In this document: positions 25,901 through 34,275 of the stretch, piece after piece
Layout: the number at the start of each line of letters is the position of its first letter
Position numbering within the stretch: position 1 is the stretch's first letter
IMG/VR virus record: IMGVR_UViG_3300032288_005579
DNA from: a virus
Direction: 5' to 3' (one strand)
DNA: 64,000 nt
Program-made: the position numbers and the translations under genes
Notes under the pieces: model-generated
Seen by the model: only the letters and a program-made list of their open reading frames with translations
Database searches by the model: none
What the model was told of the DNA's origin: nothing

Positions 25901-27857
25901 GCCTACGATCAGTGTTACTCCCACAATTAGCGTTACACCAACTATCAGTGTGACTCCTACGATTAGCATTACTCCTACTAGAACGGCCACTATCAGCGTT
26001 ACACCCACTATTAGCGTGACGCCAACCATAAGTGTCACTTCTACAATTACTCCCACAACGAGCGTTACTCCTACGATATCTATTACGCCTACGATTAGCG
26101 TAACCAAAACCATTACGCCAACAATAAGCATTACTCCAACGATCTCTATAACTCCCACTATTAGTATTACTTCTACTATAAGTGTTACGCCAACCATAAG
26201 TGTCACTTCAAGCGTTAGTGCAACTCCGACAATAAGCATTAGTCCTACTAGAACTGCTACAATAAGCGTTACACCGACTATAAGCATAACGCCCACAATA
26301 AGTGTAACTATAACTGTTACTCCCACTATTAGTATCACGCCTACGATTAGTATAACGCCCACAATAAGTGTAACTAGTAGCATAACTCCTACTATCAGCG
26401 TTACTCAAACCGCTAGCATAACTCCTACAATCAGTATTACTAGAACTGTAACTATAACTCCTACAATTAGTGTTACGCCTACAGTAACTCCTACAATCAG
26501 CATTACACAGACTTCATCAATTACTCCCACTATCAGTGTAACACCTACAATTAGTATTACGCGAACTGTTACTATAACTCCTACCATAAGCATAACGCAA
26601 ACGGCAACTATTACTTCAACGATCAGTGTAACTCCAACTATAAGTGTAACTCAAACAACTACAGTAACTCCGACAATTAGTGTTACGCCAACTATCAGTA
26701 TTACTAGAACCGCAACTATTACGCCTACTATAAGCATTACTCCTACAATAAGCATTACTCAAACTCCTACCATTACGCCTACTATTAGCATAACTCCTAC
26801 AACTACTATAACGCCAACCATCAGCATAACTCCTACAATCAGTATTACTAGAACCGTAACTATAACTCCTACTATAAGCATTACTCCTACAACAAGCGTT
26901 ACTCCAACTATATCTATAACTCCCACTATTAGCATAACTCCTACTATCAGCATTACACGTACTATAAGTGTGACTAGCACTGCTACACCAACGATCAGCG
27001 TAACTCCAACCATCAGCATTACTCCAAGTACCAGCGTAACTCCAACCATCAGCATAACTCCTACAATAAGTGTAACTCCTACAATTAGTATTACGCAAAC
27101 TGCAACCATTACTCCAACCATCAGCATAACTCCTACTATTAGTATTACAAGAACTCCTACCATTACGCCTACTATTAGCATAACTCCTACAACTACTATA
27201 ACGCCAACCATCAGCATAACTAGAACCGCAACTATTACTCCTACTATTAGCATAACTCCTACAATAAGTGTTACAAAAACTGCTACTATTAGCATAACTC
27301 CTACGAGGACAGCCACTATTAGCATTACACCAACAAGAACTCCTACCATTACACCTACTATTAGCATAACTCCTACGAGGACAGCCACTATTAGCATTAC
27401 ACCAACAAGAACTCCTACCATTACACCTACTATTAGCATAACTCCTACGAGGACGCCTAGTATTACGGCTACCCCAGTAACAGATCGCACGATAAATATA
27501 TATGTAAGTAATCAAGCGACTGTTACCATTAATGGACCTCTACAAACTTTTTATAAAATAGGAGTTGGAGGAAGCTGGACATTATTCAATAATACTTTTA
27601 ATAGTACAACGTGTACTAACCTTGGATCGGTATCGGTTCCTAACGGATCTTTGTTATATATCGGATTCCAAGACGCAAATAATGTAAACGTAGGTTTCGA
27701 TGCTGTGGCGCCCGGAACAAGTAGCACTACATGCCCTACTTTTACCGGTGTGGCTGACTACTGTAGAGATACATCTGATTGGTCTGATACTATAAATGCT
27801 AATGGTAGTAGAGCATTCACAATACAAGTAACAGGCGGAGAATATGTAGGTTGTTAA
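22977..27857 (+). CDS. Mucin-like Thr/Ser/Pro/Ile hexapeptide-repeat virion protein
   Basis: About 70-aa N-terminus (MPIPASGPISMSMMNTELG...PHYFSEWYNY), about 1430 aa of TPTIS(I/V) repeats and a roughly 125-aa C-terminal domain with four Cys. Confidence 0.85.
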   Translation: MPIPASGPISMSMMNTELGRIPNAPVSILAGGLVPIEGSLFWLGGQSGSLNQTAPHYFSEWYNYTPNNSPTPTPTVSVTVSVTPTVGISSTPSVSVTPTKSITPTISITPTISVTSTISVTPTISVTPTISVTKTITPTISVTQTTSVTATISLTPTISVTRSVSITPTISITTTVTPTNTATPTISVTPTISVTPTISLTPTISITSTISVTPTRTATVSVTPTISITPTISVTSTITPTTSVTPTISITPSISITPTISVTPTISITSTISATAGISLTPTVSITPTISVTSTITPTISTTPTISITPTISITSSITPTVSITPTISVTSTISVTPTVSVTRTVTPTISVTPTISVTPTVSVTSTITPTLSITPTNSITPTISVTSTITPTTSVTPTISITPTISVTSTVTPTISVTQTISVTPTISVTTTVTPTISITPTISVTSTISSTPGISLTPTVSITPTISITPTISVTSTITPTTSTTPTISITPTISITSTPTPTISVTPTISITRTASITPTISITNTTTPTISVSPTISVTPTISITPTISITSTITPTISVTKTATITPTISITPTRTITPTISVTTTITPTISVTQTASITPTISVTSTITPTISVTPSMSITSTISVTPTISVTRTVTPTISITPTISVSPTISVTSTVTPTISVTPTISVTPTISVTSTISATPGISTTPTVSITPTISVTASITPTISITPTISITPTISVTQTVSVTPTISITQTASITPTTSITPTISVTSSVTPTISVSATASVTPTISVTNTITPTISITPTISITPTISLTPTISVTRSVTPTISVTPTISITPTISITPTISVTSTITPTISVTRTATPTISVTPTISVTPTISVTRTATPTISVTPTISITSTITATTSVTPTISITPTISVTKTVTPTISITPTISVTPTISVTSTVTPTISATPTISITPTISITPTTSITPTISITPTISVTRTATITPTISVTPTISVTPTISVTPTISITPTRTATISVTPTISVTPTISVTSTITPTTSVTPTISITPTISVTKTITPTISITPTISITPTISITSTISVTPTISVTSSVSATPTISISPTRTATISVTPTISITPTISVTITVTPTISITPTISITPTISVTSSITPTISVTQTASITPTISITRTVTITPTISVTPTVTPTISITQTSSITPTISVTPTISITRTVTITPTISITQTATITSTISVTPTISVTQTTTVTPTISVTPTISITRTATITPTISITPTISITQTPTITPTISITPTTTITPTISITPTISITRTVTITPTISITPTTSVTPTISITPTISITPTISITRTISVTSTATPTISVTPTISITPSTSVTPTISITPTISVTPTISITQTATITPTISITPTISITRTPTITPTISITPTTTITPTISITRTATITPTISITPTISVTKTATISITPTRTATISITPTRTPTITPTISITPTRTATISITPTRTPTITPTISITPTRTPSITATPVTDRTINIYVSNQATVTINGPLQTFYKIGVGGSWTLFNNTFNSTTCTNLGSVSVPNGSLLYIGFQDANNVNVGFDAVAPGTSSTTCPTFTGVADYCRDTSDWSDTINANGSRAFTIQVTGGEYVGC
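23187..27476 (+). repeat. 18-bp-period coding repeat, roughly 235-240 hexapeptide units
   Basis: Consensus ACTCCTAC(A/T)AT(A/T)AG(C/T)(A/G)T(T/A), G-poor on the + strand. Unit number was estimated from length. Confidence 0.95.
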
Positions 27858-27905
27858 AAATTTGCACTTAAAAGTTGAATGGCAAATTCCATCCAGAAAA
27901 TGGTA

Positions 27906-27913
27906 TATTTATA
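27906..27913 (+). promoter_or_regulatory. TATTTATA motif heading the glycan-enzyme cluster
   Basis: 29 nt upstream of ATG 27943. Confidence 0.65.
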
Positions 27914-27942
27914 GTAAATGATCGTTTCGGCAAAACTAGTTT

Positions 27943-29199
27943 ATGGCAAAAATATTTGTTTCGATAGCTTCATACAGAGATCCAGAATTACTTCCTACTT
28001 TAAGAGATTGTATCGCTAACGCCGATCAACCAGATAATCTGGTATTCGGTATATGTTGGCAACACGCAAAAGAGGACGAGTGGGATAACTTAGATCAATT
28101 TAAAAAAGACAAAAGGTTCAGGATACTTGACATAGATCACAAGGAATCAAAGGGCGTTTGTTGGGCAAGGAATAAAATAGGGTCTTTATATAAAGACGAG
28201 GACTATTATATGCAATTGGATTCTCACCACCGTTTCATACAGGGTTGGGACTCCAAATTAAAGGACATGATAGGTTATCTACAGTCCCAGTGTTACGAAA
28301 AACCCATACTCTCTACCTATCTGCCTTCCTATTTTCCTGAAAAAGATCCAGCAGATAGAACTCAAGAGGTTTGGTTTTTAAACATAGATAGGTTTTTACC
28401 AGAGGGCGCAGTATTCCTACGTCCACAGGGTTTAGACGGATGGAGAGATATGAAAGAGCCAGTTAGATCCAGATTCTTATCAGCTCACTTTATATTTACT
28501 CTTGGTAAATTCGCTAAAGAGGTTCCTTACGATCCGTATCTGTATTTTCACGGAGAAGAAACTTCATTGGCGGCTAGAGCTTTTACTCATGGGTACGATA
28601 TATTTAATCCTCACAGGATATATGTTTGGCACGAATACACGAGAGAAGGAAAGAAAAAACACTGGGACGATCACACCTCATATCCGGACCTTGATAAGAC
28701 CTCTTACGCGCGTTTTAGAAAGCTTTTTGCGATGGAAGGAGAATGTACTCCGTGTACGATAAAGAGTTTTGGAGAATTTTATTTTGGAAACGAAAGAACT
28801 CTTGAAGAGTACGAACGTTACGCGGGATTAAAGTTTAAAACCAGACAAATACACGAAGAGACTCTACAACACAAACCTGCCCCTATTGTAGGAGATTACG
28901 AATCGGGATTGAAGAGCAAAGTGAAAGTTTGTATAGACGTGTATAGAGGGGCTTTAAAAGAAACCGATTACGATACTTTCGTTATCGCTCTACTAGACGA
29001 AAACGGAAAGGATTTGTATAGACAAGACGCTGATAAAAACGAGATCTCTATGATCATGAATTCTGACATTAAAGACCAATTTGTGCACATTTGGAGAGAA
29101 TACGAAAGCCAAAAATTGCCTCACAGTTGGAGAGTTTGGCCCCATAGCGAATCAAAAGGTTGGATGGAAAGAATAGAAAACGTTATAAAATATGAGTAA
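27943..29199 (+). CDS. GT60/Gnt1-like polypeptide alpha-GlcNAc transferase (GlcNAc family), paralog A
   Basis: IFVSIASYRDPEL, FGICWQ, KGVCWAR, YYMQLDSHHRF..GWD, VPYDP.LYFHGEETSLAARAFTHGYDIFNP and VWHEYTR match Dictyostelium Gnt1-type motifs. Confidence 0.88.
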   Translation: MAKIFVSIASYRDPELLPTLRDCIANADQPDNLVFGICWQHAKEDEWDNLDQFKKDKRFRILDIDHKESKGVCWARNKIGSLYKDEDYYMQLDSHHRFIQGWDSKLKDMIGYLQSQCYEKPILSTYLPSYFPEKDPADRTQEVWFLNIDRFLPEGAVFLRPQGLDGWRDMKEPVRSRFLSAHFIFTLGKFAKEVPYDPYLYFHGEETSLAARAFTHGYDIFNPHRIYVWHEYTREGKKKHWDDHTSYPDLDKTSYARFRKLFAMEGECTPCTIKSFGEFYFGNERTLEEYERYAGLKFKTRQIHEETLQHKPAPIVGDYESGLKSKVKVCIDVYRGALKETDYDTFVIALLDENGKDLYRQDADKNEISMIMNSDIKDQFVHIWREYESQKLPHSWRVWPHSESKGWMERIENVIKYE

Positions 29200-30460
29200 G
29201 AAACTAGAGACAATACTGCTGCATCTTCCCTCTTACAGGGATCCAGAACTTATACCCACAATCAAAGACGCTTTAGAAAAAGCGAAATATCCCAAAAGGA
29301 TTCATTTCGGAATATGCCGTCAATACCACCCTGAAGATAAGTTTGACGATCTGACAGAATACAAATCGGACAAACGATTCAAGATTTACGAGTGTTTGTA
29401 TACGGAGGCAAAAGGACTTCCCTGGGCGAGATCTATCATAAATGAGAAGCTGCTTGACGACGAAGACTACATATGTCAATTGGACTCACATCACAGATTC
29501 GCTCAAGATTGGGACGAGACTCTTATAACTATGCACAACGACCTTGAGAAGAGGGGCTACAAGAAACCTATCGTTGCTGGTTATTCTCCTCTGTACGATC
29601 CGTTCAACGACCCAGCAGGAAGATCGATGGAACCGTGGCAATCTCAGTTCGTATGCTTCTATCCCCACGGTACTATATTTATTCGACCAGGTTTGTTGCA
29701 CGGTTACCAAAACATGACAGAGCCACCGATGTCTAGGTTCCTCTGCGGGCATTTCGATTTCGCAAGAAGCGAATGGGCTAGAGAGATCAAGCACGATCCA
29801 GACATCTACTTTAGCGGTGAGGAAATAAATCTCACAGTAAGATCTTACACTCACGGTTACGATTTCTTTCATCCACATAAGATCGTAGTTTGGCATTCGA
29901 CAATGAGAGAAGAGCGCGCTGGAAAATTGAAATGGGACGATGATGCTAGATTGGGCGTTGATTGGTATAATAAACAAGAATATGCTCGCAGAAAAATACG
30001 CTGCTTACTTCGCACAGAAGAGGGTGTCGATTTAACGGGTTACGATTTGGGCACAGTTAGAACTTTGCGAGATTACGAAAGATACGCAGGATTCAACTTT
30101 AAAAAGAAAGCTGTTCAAAAATATACTCTAGAAAATAAATATCCTCCGAACCCTGTGATAGAGGATCCCGAACTATGGGAACAATCATTCATGAATTCGT
30201 ACTATCATCTCGTAGACGTACAAAGGTCTATGTTCAAAGAAGATAAATATAAATTTGTGTTGGTAGCTTTTGATGACGAGACTGGTAAATCTGTCAATAG
30301 TAAATTTATAGACGATTATAGATTGGAAATGTTTAATAAGGGCCAAAATATTCATTACGAAGAGTACTTCTTATCAGAAAAGAAGCCTACACGAGTAGTG
30401 TATTGGGGACACACTGAAGAAAAAGGCTGGTGCGAAAGGTACGAATTCAATATAGGATAA
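29192..30460 (+). CDS. GT60/Gnt1-like polypeptide alpha-GlcNAc transferase, paralog B
   Basis: ILLHLPSYRDPEL, FGICRQ, KGLPWAR, CQLDSHHRFAQDWD, DPDIYFSGEEINLTVRSYTHGYDFFHP and VWHSTMR. Confidence 0.86.
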   Translation: MSKKLETILLHLPSYRDPELIPTIKDALEKAKYPKRIHFGICRQYHPEDKFDDLTEYKSDKRFKIYECLYTEAKGLPWARSIINEKLLDDEDYICQLDSHHRFAQDWDETLITMHNDLEKRGYKKPIVAGYSPLYDPFNDPAGRSMEPWQSQFVCFYPHGTIFIRPGLLHGYQNMTEPPMSRFLCGHFDFARSEWAREIKHDPDIYFSGEEINLTVRSYTHGYDFFHPHKIVVWHSTMREERAGKLKWDDDARLGVDWYNKQEYARRKIRCLLRTEEGVDLTGYDLGTVRTLRDYERYAGFNFKKKAVQKYTLENKYPPNPVIEDPELWEQSFMNSYYHLVDVQRSMFKEDKYKFVLVAFDDETGKSVNSKFIDDYRLEMFNKGQNIHYEEYFLSEKKPTRVVYWGHTEEKGWCERYEFNIG

Positions 30461-30477
30461 CAAAAAGATAGAACATA

Positions 30478-32097
30478 ATGGCTAACATATCTTTTTACGG
30501 TTCGCACAACGCTGCGTATGTCGTAGAGAAAGACGGAGAGATTATACTAGTATTAGAGGTAGAGAGATTCTTAAACCACAAGAATAGTGGAATCGCCCAG
30601 TATAATTGTCCAAGAACTGACGATATTCTGTTTTTCGCAGAGTATATTCCTAAATGGATCATGAAAAAATTGGACATAGAAGAATTTGACAATTGCTTTT
30701 ATTCTAATAGCGATGTGATAATGGACGAAGTTCGTTATTGTTTACATAAAGCCATACCCGCCAAAAAATATACAGAGTGTTGGCATCACCAATCTCACGC
30801 AGCTGGAGCTTTTTATCAATCTAATCACAAGAAAGCATTGATATTCTCTTTCGACGGAGGAGGAAATGATGGAAAATTTTGTGTGTACACTTGCAATAGA
30901 GGAGAGTCTCCAAAATTATTGAAGAGCGTATTAAATCCTGTGCTGAATCATCCTCATATAGGTTATGATTTGGGATTTCCCTACATGGTATTAGCGCACT
31001 ATCTAAAAGATATAAAGTACGAAGATCTGGGAATGGGTAACTTAGTTTATCCTGGAAAACTTATGGGTCTTGCGTCATATGGAAAAGTTATTGAAGATTG
31101 GATACCCGCTTTCACAAAATTTTATAAGAGTAATCCAGATGGAGGAAATTATCACAGTAAAGTAAGCGAACTTTCTGAAGAAATTGGAGTAGTATTCGAT
31201 GTTAATAATCGTCTTGATGGACAAATCGCCTACGACATAGCGGCCACAACTCAGAGAGTGTTCGAAGATTGTTTCTTAGAAATCGCTAAACCCTATATTG
31301 ATGAGTACCCTGATTATCCCATTTGTGTAACAGGAGGATGCGGATTAAACATCATATTGAACACTAGATTAGTCACAGAATTAGAAAAAGAAGTTTTCGT
31401 AGGACCAGATCCAAATGATTGTGGAATTGCATTAGGAATGATGCTCAATTACTTGAAGCCAGCAAAACCTTACGATTCCACCTACTCAGGAACAGAACTA
31501 CTAGATATAGATACGCTTTCGGCTAAAATACAGGGCGTAGGATTCCCTATGAAGAGTCGAAGACTAAATCTTACAAATCTAGCAAAAGATATTGAAGCAG
31601 GCAAAATAGTGGGAGTAGCTAGAGGGAGATCAGAACACGGTCCTCGAGCACTAGGAAATAGAAGCATAATTTGCAATCCCGCAATCGCTAACATGAAAGA
31701 CGTGCTTAATGAAAAGGTAAAACACAGAGAGTGGTATAGGCCTTTTGCGCCCGTGGTTAGATTAGAAGATGTCAATAAGTACTTTGAATGGAATAAAGAA
31801 TCCAGATGGATGAGTTTTTGTCCCAAAGTAAAAGAAGAGTGGAAAAGCAGACTTGGAGCTATAACCCACGTAGATGGAACCGCGAGAGTTCAAACTGTTA
31901 CTAGAAAACAAAACGAATTCTTATACGATCTATTGACTGAATTTGAAAAGGTGACTGGCGTGGGAGTTTTACTCAATACCTCATTTAATGTGGACGGTAA
32001 ACCTATACTATCTACCGTTCAAGACGCTTTTACAATTCTAGAGAAGACACAGTTGGACGCATTAGTAATAGAAAATACCTACATCAAAAAATTATGA
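30478..32097 (+). CDS. Carbamoyltransferase, NodU/CmcH/TobZ family
   Basis: HHQSHAAGAF, DGGG, GKLMGLASYG, GGCGLN, NDCGIALG, GRSEHGPRALGNRSI, KHREWYRPFAP, HVDGTARVQTV and LLNTSFNVDGKPI. Confidence 0.95.
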   Translation: MANISFYGSHNAAYVVEKDGEIILVLEVERFLNHKNSGIAQYNCPRTDDILFFAEYIPKWIMKKLDIEEFDNCFYSNSDVIMDEVRYCLHKAIPAKKYTECWHHQSHAAGAFYQSNHKKALIFSFDGGGNDGKFCVYTCNRGESPKLLKSVLNPVLNHPHIGYDLGFPYMVLAHYLKDIKYEDLGMGNLVYPGKLMGLASYGKVIEDWIPAFTKFYKSNPDGGNYHSKVSELSEEIGVVFDVNNRLDGQIAYDIAATTQRVFEDCFLEIAKPYIDEYPDYPICVTGGCGLNIILNTRLVTELEKEVFVGPDPNDCGIALGMMLNYLKPAKPYDSTYSGTELLDIDTLSAKIQGVGFPMKSRRLNLTNLAKDIEAGKIVGVARGRSEHGPRALGNRSIICNPAIANMKDVLNEKVKHREWYRPFAPVVRLEDVNKYFEWNKESRWMSFCPKVKEEWKSRLGAITHVDGTARVQTVTRKQNEFLYDLLTEFEKVTGVGVLLNTSFNVDGKPILSTVQDAFTILEKTQLDALVIENTYIKKL

Positions 32098-33902
32098 ACC
32101 TACCAGAAAATTTAAAAGATATATTCAATAAAGTCAGAAGCTTATCAAATGAAGAGTTTAGTACGCTTGTTTCCGCTTTACAAGAAGCTCCTAAAAAAAT
32201 GGAAATATTGAATAAAGAACTCACAGTTGTCACTGGTTTATGGAACATAAATAGACCCGGTAGAGATTTCTCCCACTACATAGAGCACTTTGAGAAGTTT
32301 CTACAAATCCCAGTCAACATGTTTATATACATACCTCAAGAATACGAATACTTGGTATGGAAACACAGAGATCGAGAGAATACATACGTAAAGATATATG
32401 AATTAGACGATGTAAAACGTCTGTATGAACCTTTTTGGGAAAATACCCAAAACATTCGAAATAATCCCGAGTGGTTGAATCAAACCGGCGAAAACGGTTG
32501 GTTGAAAGGTTCGCCGCAAGCGTCTATAGAGTTTTACAATCCTATAGTACAATCAAAGATGTTCATGTTGAGCGATGCGACTATATGGGATCCTTTCCAA
32601 TCCGAGTATTTTATGTGGCTAGACGCGGGCATAACAAATACTGTATGGGAAAATTATATGATAAACGATCGAGTTCTCGATAAAATCAATAAACATCTTG
32701 ACGCGTTTTTATTTCTTTCATATCCATACGAAACGCAAGAAGAAATTCACGGATTTAGAAAGAACGAGATGGATAAAATGGCAGGAAAATCTGTCAAATA
32801 TGTTTGCCGAGGGGGATTATTCGGAGGAAGAAAAGAATTAATAAGATCAGCGAATGCAGAATACTATACGTTGCTTGATTCCTCATTATCTCGAGGTTTT
32901 ATGGGAACCGAAGAGAGTATTTTTACAATAATGTCCTATCTAAATCCATATAATTATAGACGATACGAACTTGACTCAAATGGGTTGATAGTAAAGTACA
33001 TACAGAATTTGGCGCAGGATACAGCCGAACTAGCTTCCACCCCCGAAAGGAATGTCAGTATAAAGAACAACAATCCAGCGATAAATCATTTAAAAACTTC
33101 GCTGTACATGTTGACTTTCAATTTCCCTGAACAGGTCGAACACACTCTTAAAACATTTGAAGACAATTCGCCTGATTGGTTAAAGAAAACTAGAAAAATT
33201 CTTATAGATAATTCTACTAACGATGAGGCTAGAATAAAAAATAGAGAGATCTCAGATAAATGGGGATTTGAACACATAATTAGGAATGAAAATACGGGCA
33301 TCAACGGAGGTCGTCAATTTGCCGCTGAACATTTTGATGCTTCTGATAGCGACTACTACTTCTTTTTTGAAGACGATATGGGACTTCACCCTTCCACAGA
33401 AACAGGATACTGTAGAAACGGATTCAGAAAATATGTTCCTAATCTGTATAACAGTCTTCACAAGATCATGGTGAGAGAGAACTTCGATTTTTTGAAATTC
33501 TCATTCACAGAGGTTTATATGGACAATCACATACAGGTTTCTTGGTATAATGTACCACAAATAGTGAGAACACGGGATTTCCCAGACTACGATCAACTGC
33601 CTATAACGGGTTTCGATCCCAATGCACCAAGAACTAAATTTGAAAACATAGACGTTTTTGATGGATTAGCGTACATATCAGGAAACATTTATTACGCCAA
33701 TTGGCCTATGATAATGAGTAGAGAGGGCAATAAGAAAGTGTTTTTGACCACAACTTGGGGTAGACCTTACGAACAAACTTGGATGTCTTATGTATATCAA
33801 GAGTGTCTAGAGGGCCGAATAAAACCCGGAATCTTGTTAGCTTCACCAGTAAATCACAATAGAATATCGCATTATAAGCCTGAAGATCGGCGAGAAAACT
33901 AA
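32094..33902 (+). CDS. Two-domain glycan enzyme: HtrL/YibB-like N-terminal domain plus GT-A (GT2-like) C-terminal domain
   Basis: TVVTGLWNI, KMFML.DA...DPF.SEYFMWLDAG, GGLFGG and GTEESI (HtrL-like). LTFNFP, ILIDNS, NTGINGGRQ and YFFFEDD (GT-A DxD-like). Confidence 0.78.
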   Translation: MNLPENLKDIFNKVRSLSNEEFSTLVSALQEAPKKMEILNKELTVVTGLWNINRPGRDFSHYIEHFEKFLQIPVNMFIYIPQEYEYLVWKHRDRENTYVKIYELDDVKRLYEPFWENTQNIRNNPEWLNQTGENGWLKGSPQASIEFYNPIVQSKMFMLSDATIWDPFQSEYFMWLDAGITNTVWENYMINDRVLDKINKHLDAFLFLSYPYETQEEIHGFRKNEMDKMAGKSVKYVCRGGLFGGRKELIRSANAEYYTLLDSSLSRGFMGTEESIFTIMSYLNPYNYRRYELDSNGLIVKYIQNLAQDTAELASTPERNVSIKNNNPAINHLKTSLYMLTFNFPEQVEHTLKTFEDNSPDWLKKTRKILIDNSTNDEARIKNREISDKWGFEHIIRNENTGINGGRQFAAEHFDASDSDYYFFFEDDMGLHPSTETGYCRNGFRKYVPNLYNSLHKIMVRENFDFLKFSFTEVYMDNHIQVSWYNVPQIVRTRDFPDYDQLPITGFDPNAPRTKFENIDVFDGLAYISGNIYYANWPMIMSREGNKKVFLTTTWGRPYEQTWMSYVYQECLEGRIKPGILLASPVNHNRISHYKPEDRREN

Positions 33903-33920
33903 TTTTTCAACAATAGTCTA

Positions 33921-33928
33921 TATTTATA
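33921..33928 (+). promoter_or_regulatory. TATTTATA motif overlapping TATAAATA (33925-33932)
   Basis: 17 nt upstream of GTG 33946. Confidence 0.65.
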
Positions 33929-33945
33929 AATAAAATCTACAAACC

Positions 33946-34275
33946 GTGGGAATCCTATTTTTTACTGTATTGGCGATCATCATTGGAATAGTAGTAATAT
34001 CTTACTTTGCCTATTTTATACAGAAGAAGGACGAGATGCAAGAAGCGGCGATAATAAATGCTGTGGACGAATCCAAAGAAGAAGAGAAGCTGGTAGAACA
34101 ACCTCTTCCCGTAGTAATTGAAAATCCTGCAGTAGATCCTATAGTAGAAGTCAAAACGCCTCTTGAGGGTTTATTAAATCAAGCTCAAGTCAACGAATTA
34201 AAAAAGAAGCGTAAACCCGCAGTTAAAAAAACCGTAAAAAAGACCTCCAAAACTAGGTCTAAAAAGATAAAATAA
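33946..34275 (+). CDS. Small membrane protein with a Lys-rich C-terminal tail
   Basis: N-terminal hydrophobic helix and C-terminal KKKRKPAVKKTVKKTSKTRSKKIK. Confidence 0.7.
   Translation: MGILFFTVLAIIIGIVVISYFAYFIQKKDEMQEAAIINAVDESKEEEKLVEQPLPVVIENPAVDPIVEVKTPLEGLLNQAQVNELKKKRKPAVKKTVKKTSKTRSKKIK

Noticed and set aside
23187-27476. CRISPR-like or satellite array
   Set aside because: The period is 18 bp and in frame, with synonymous variation and no unique spacers. It is a coding repeat.
23165-27515. Long minus-strand ORFs (up to 665 aa) of repeated VGVTLI/VGVMLI and other alternative frames
   Set aside because: They mirror the sense-strand hexapeptide, whose codons rarely give antisense stops. 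They have no promoter or leader, and all real genes here are on the + strand.
13025-27857. Diversity-generating retroelement acting on the fibres
   Set aside because: No reverse transcriptase is present and no template/variable repeat pair differing only at adenines was seen.
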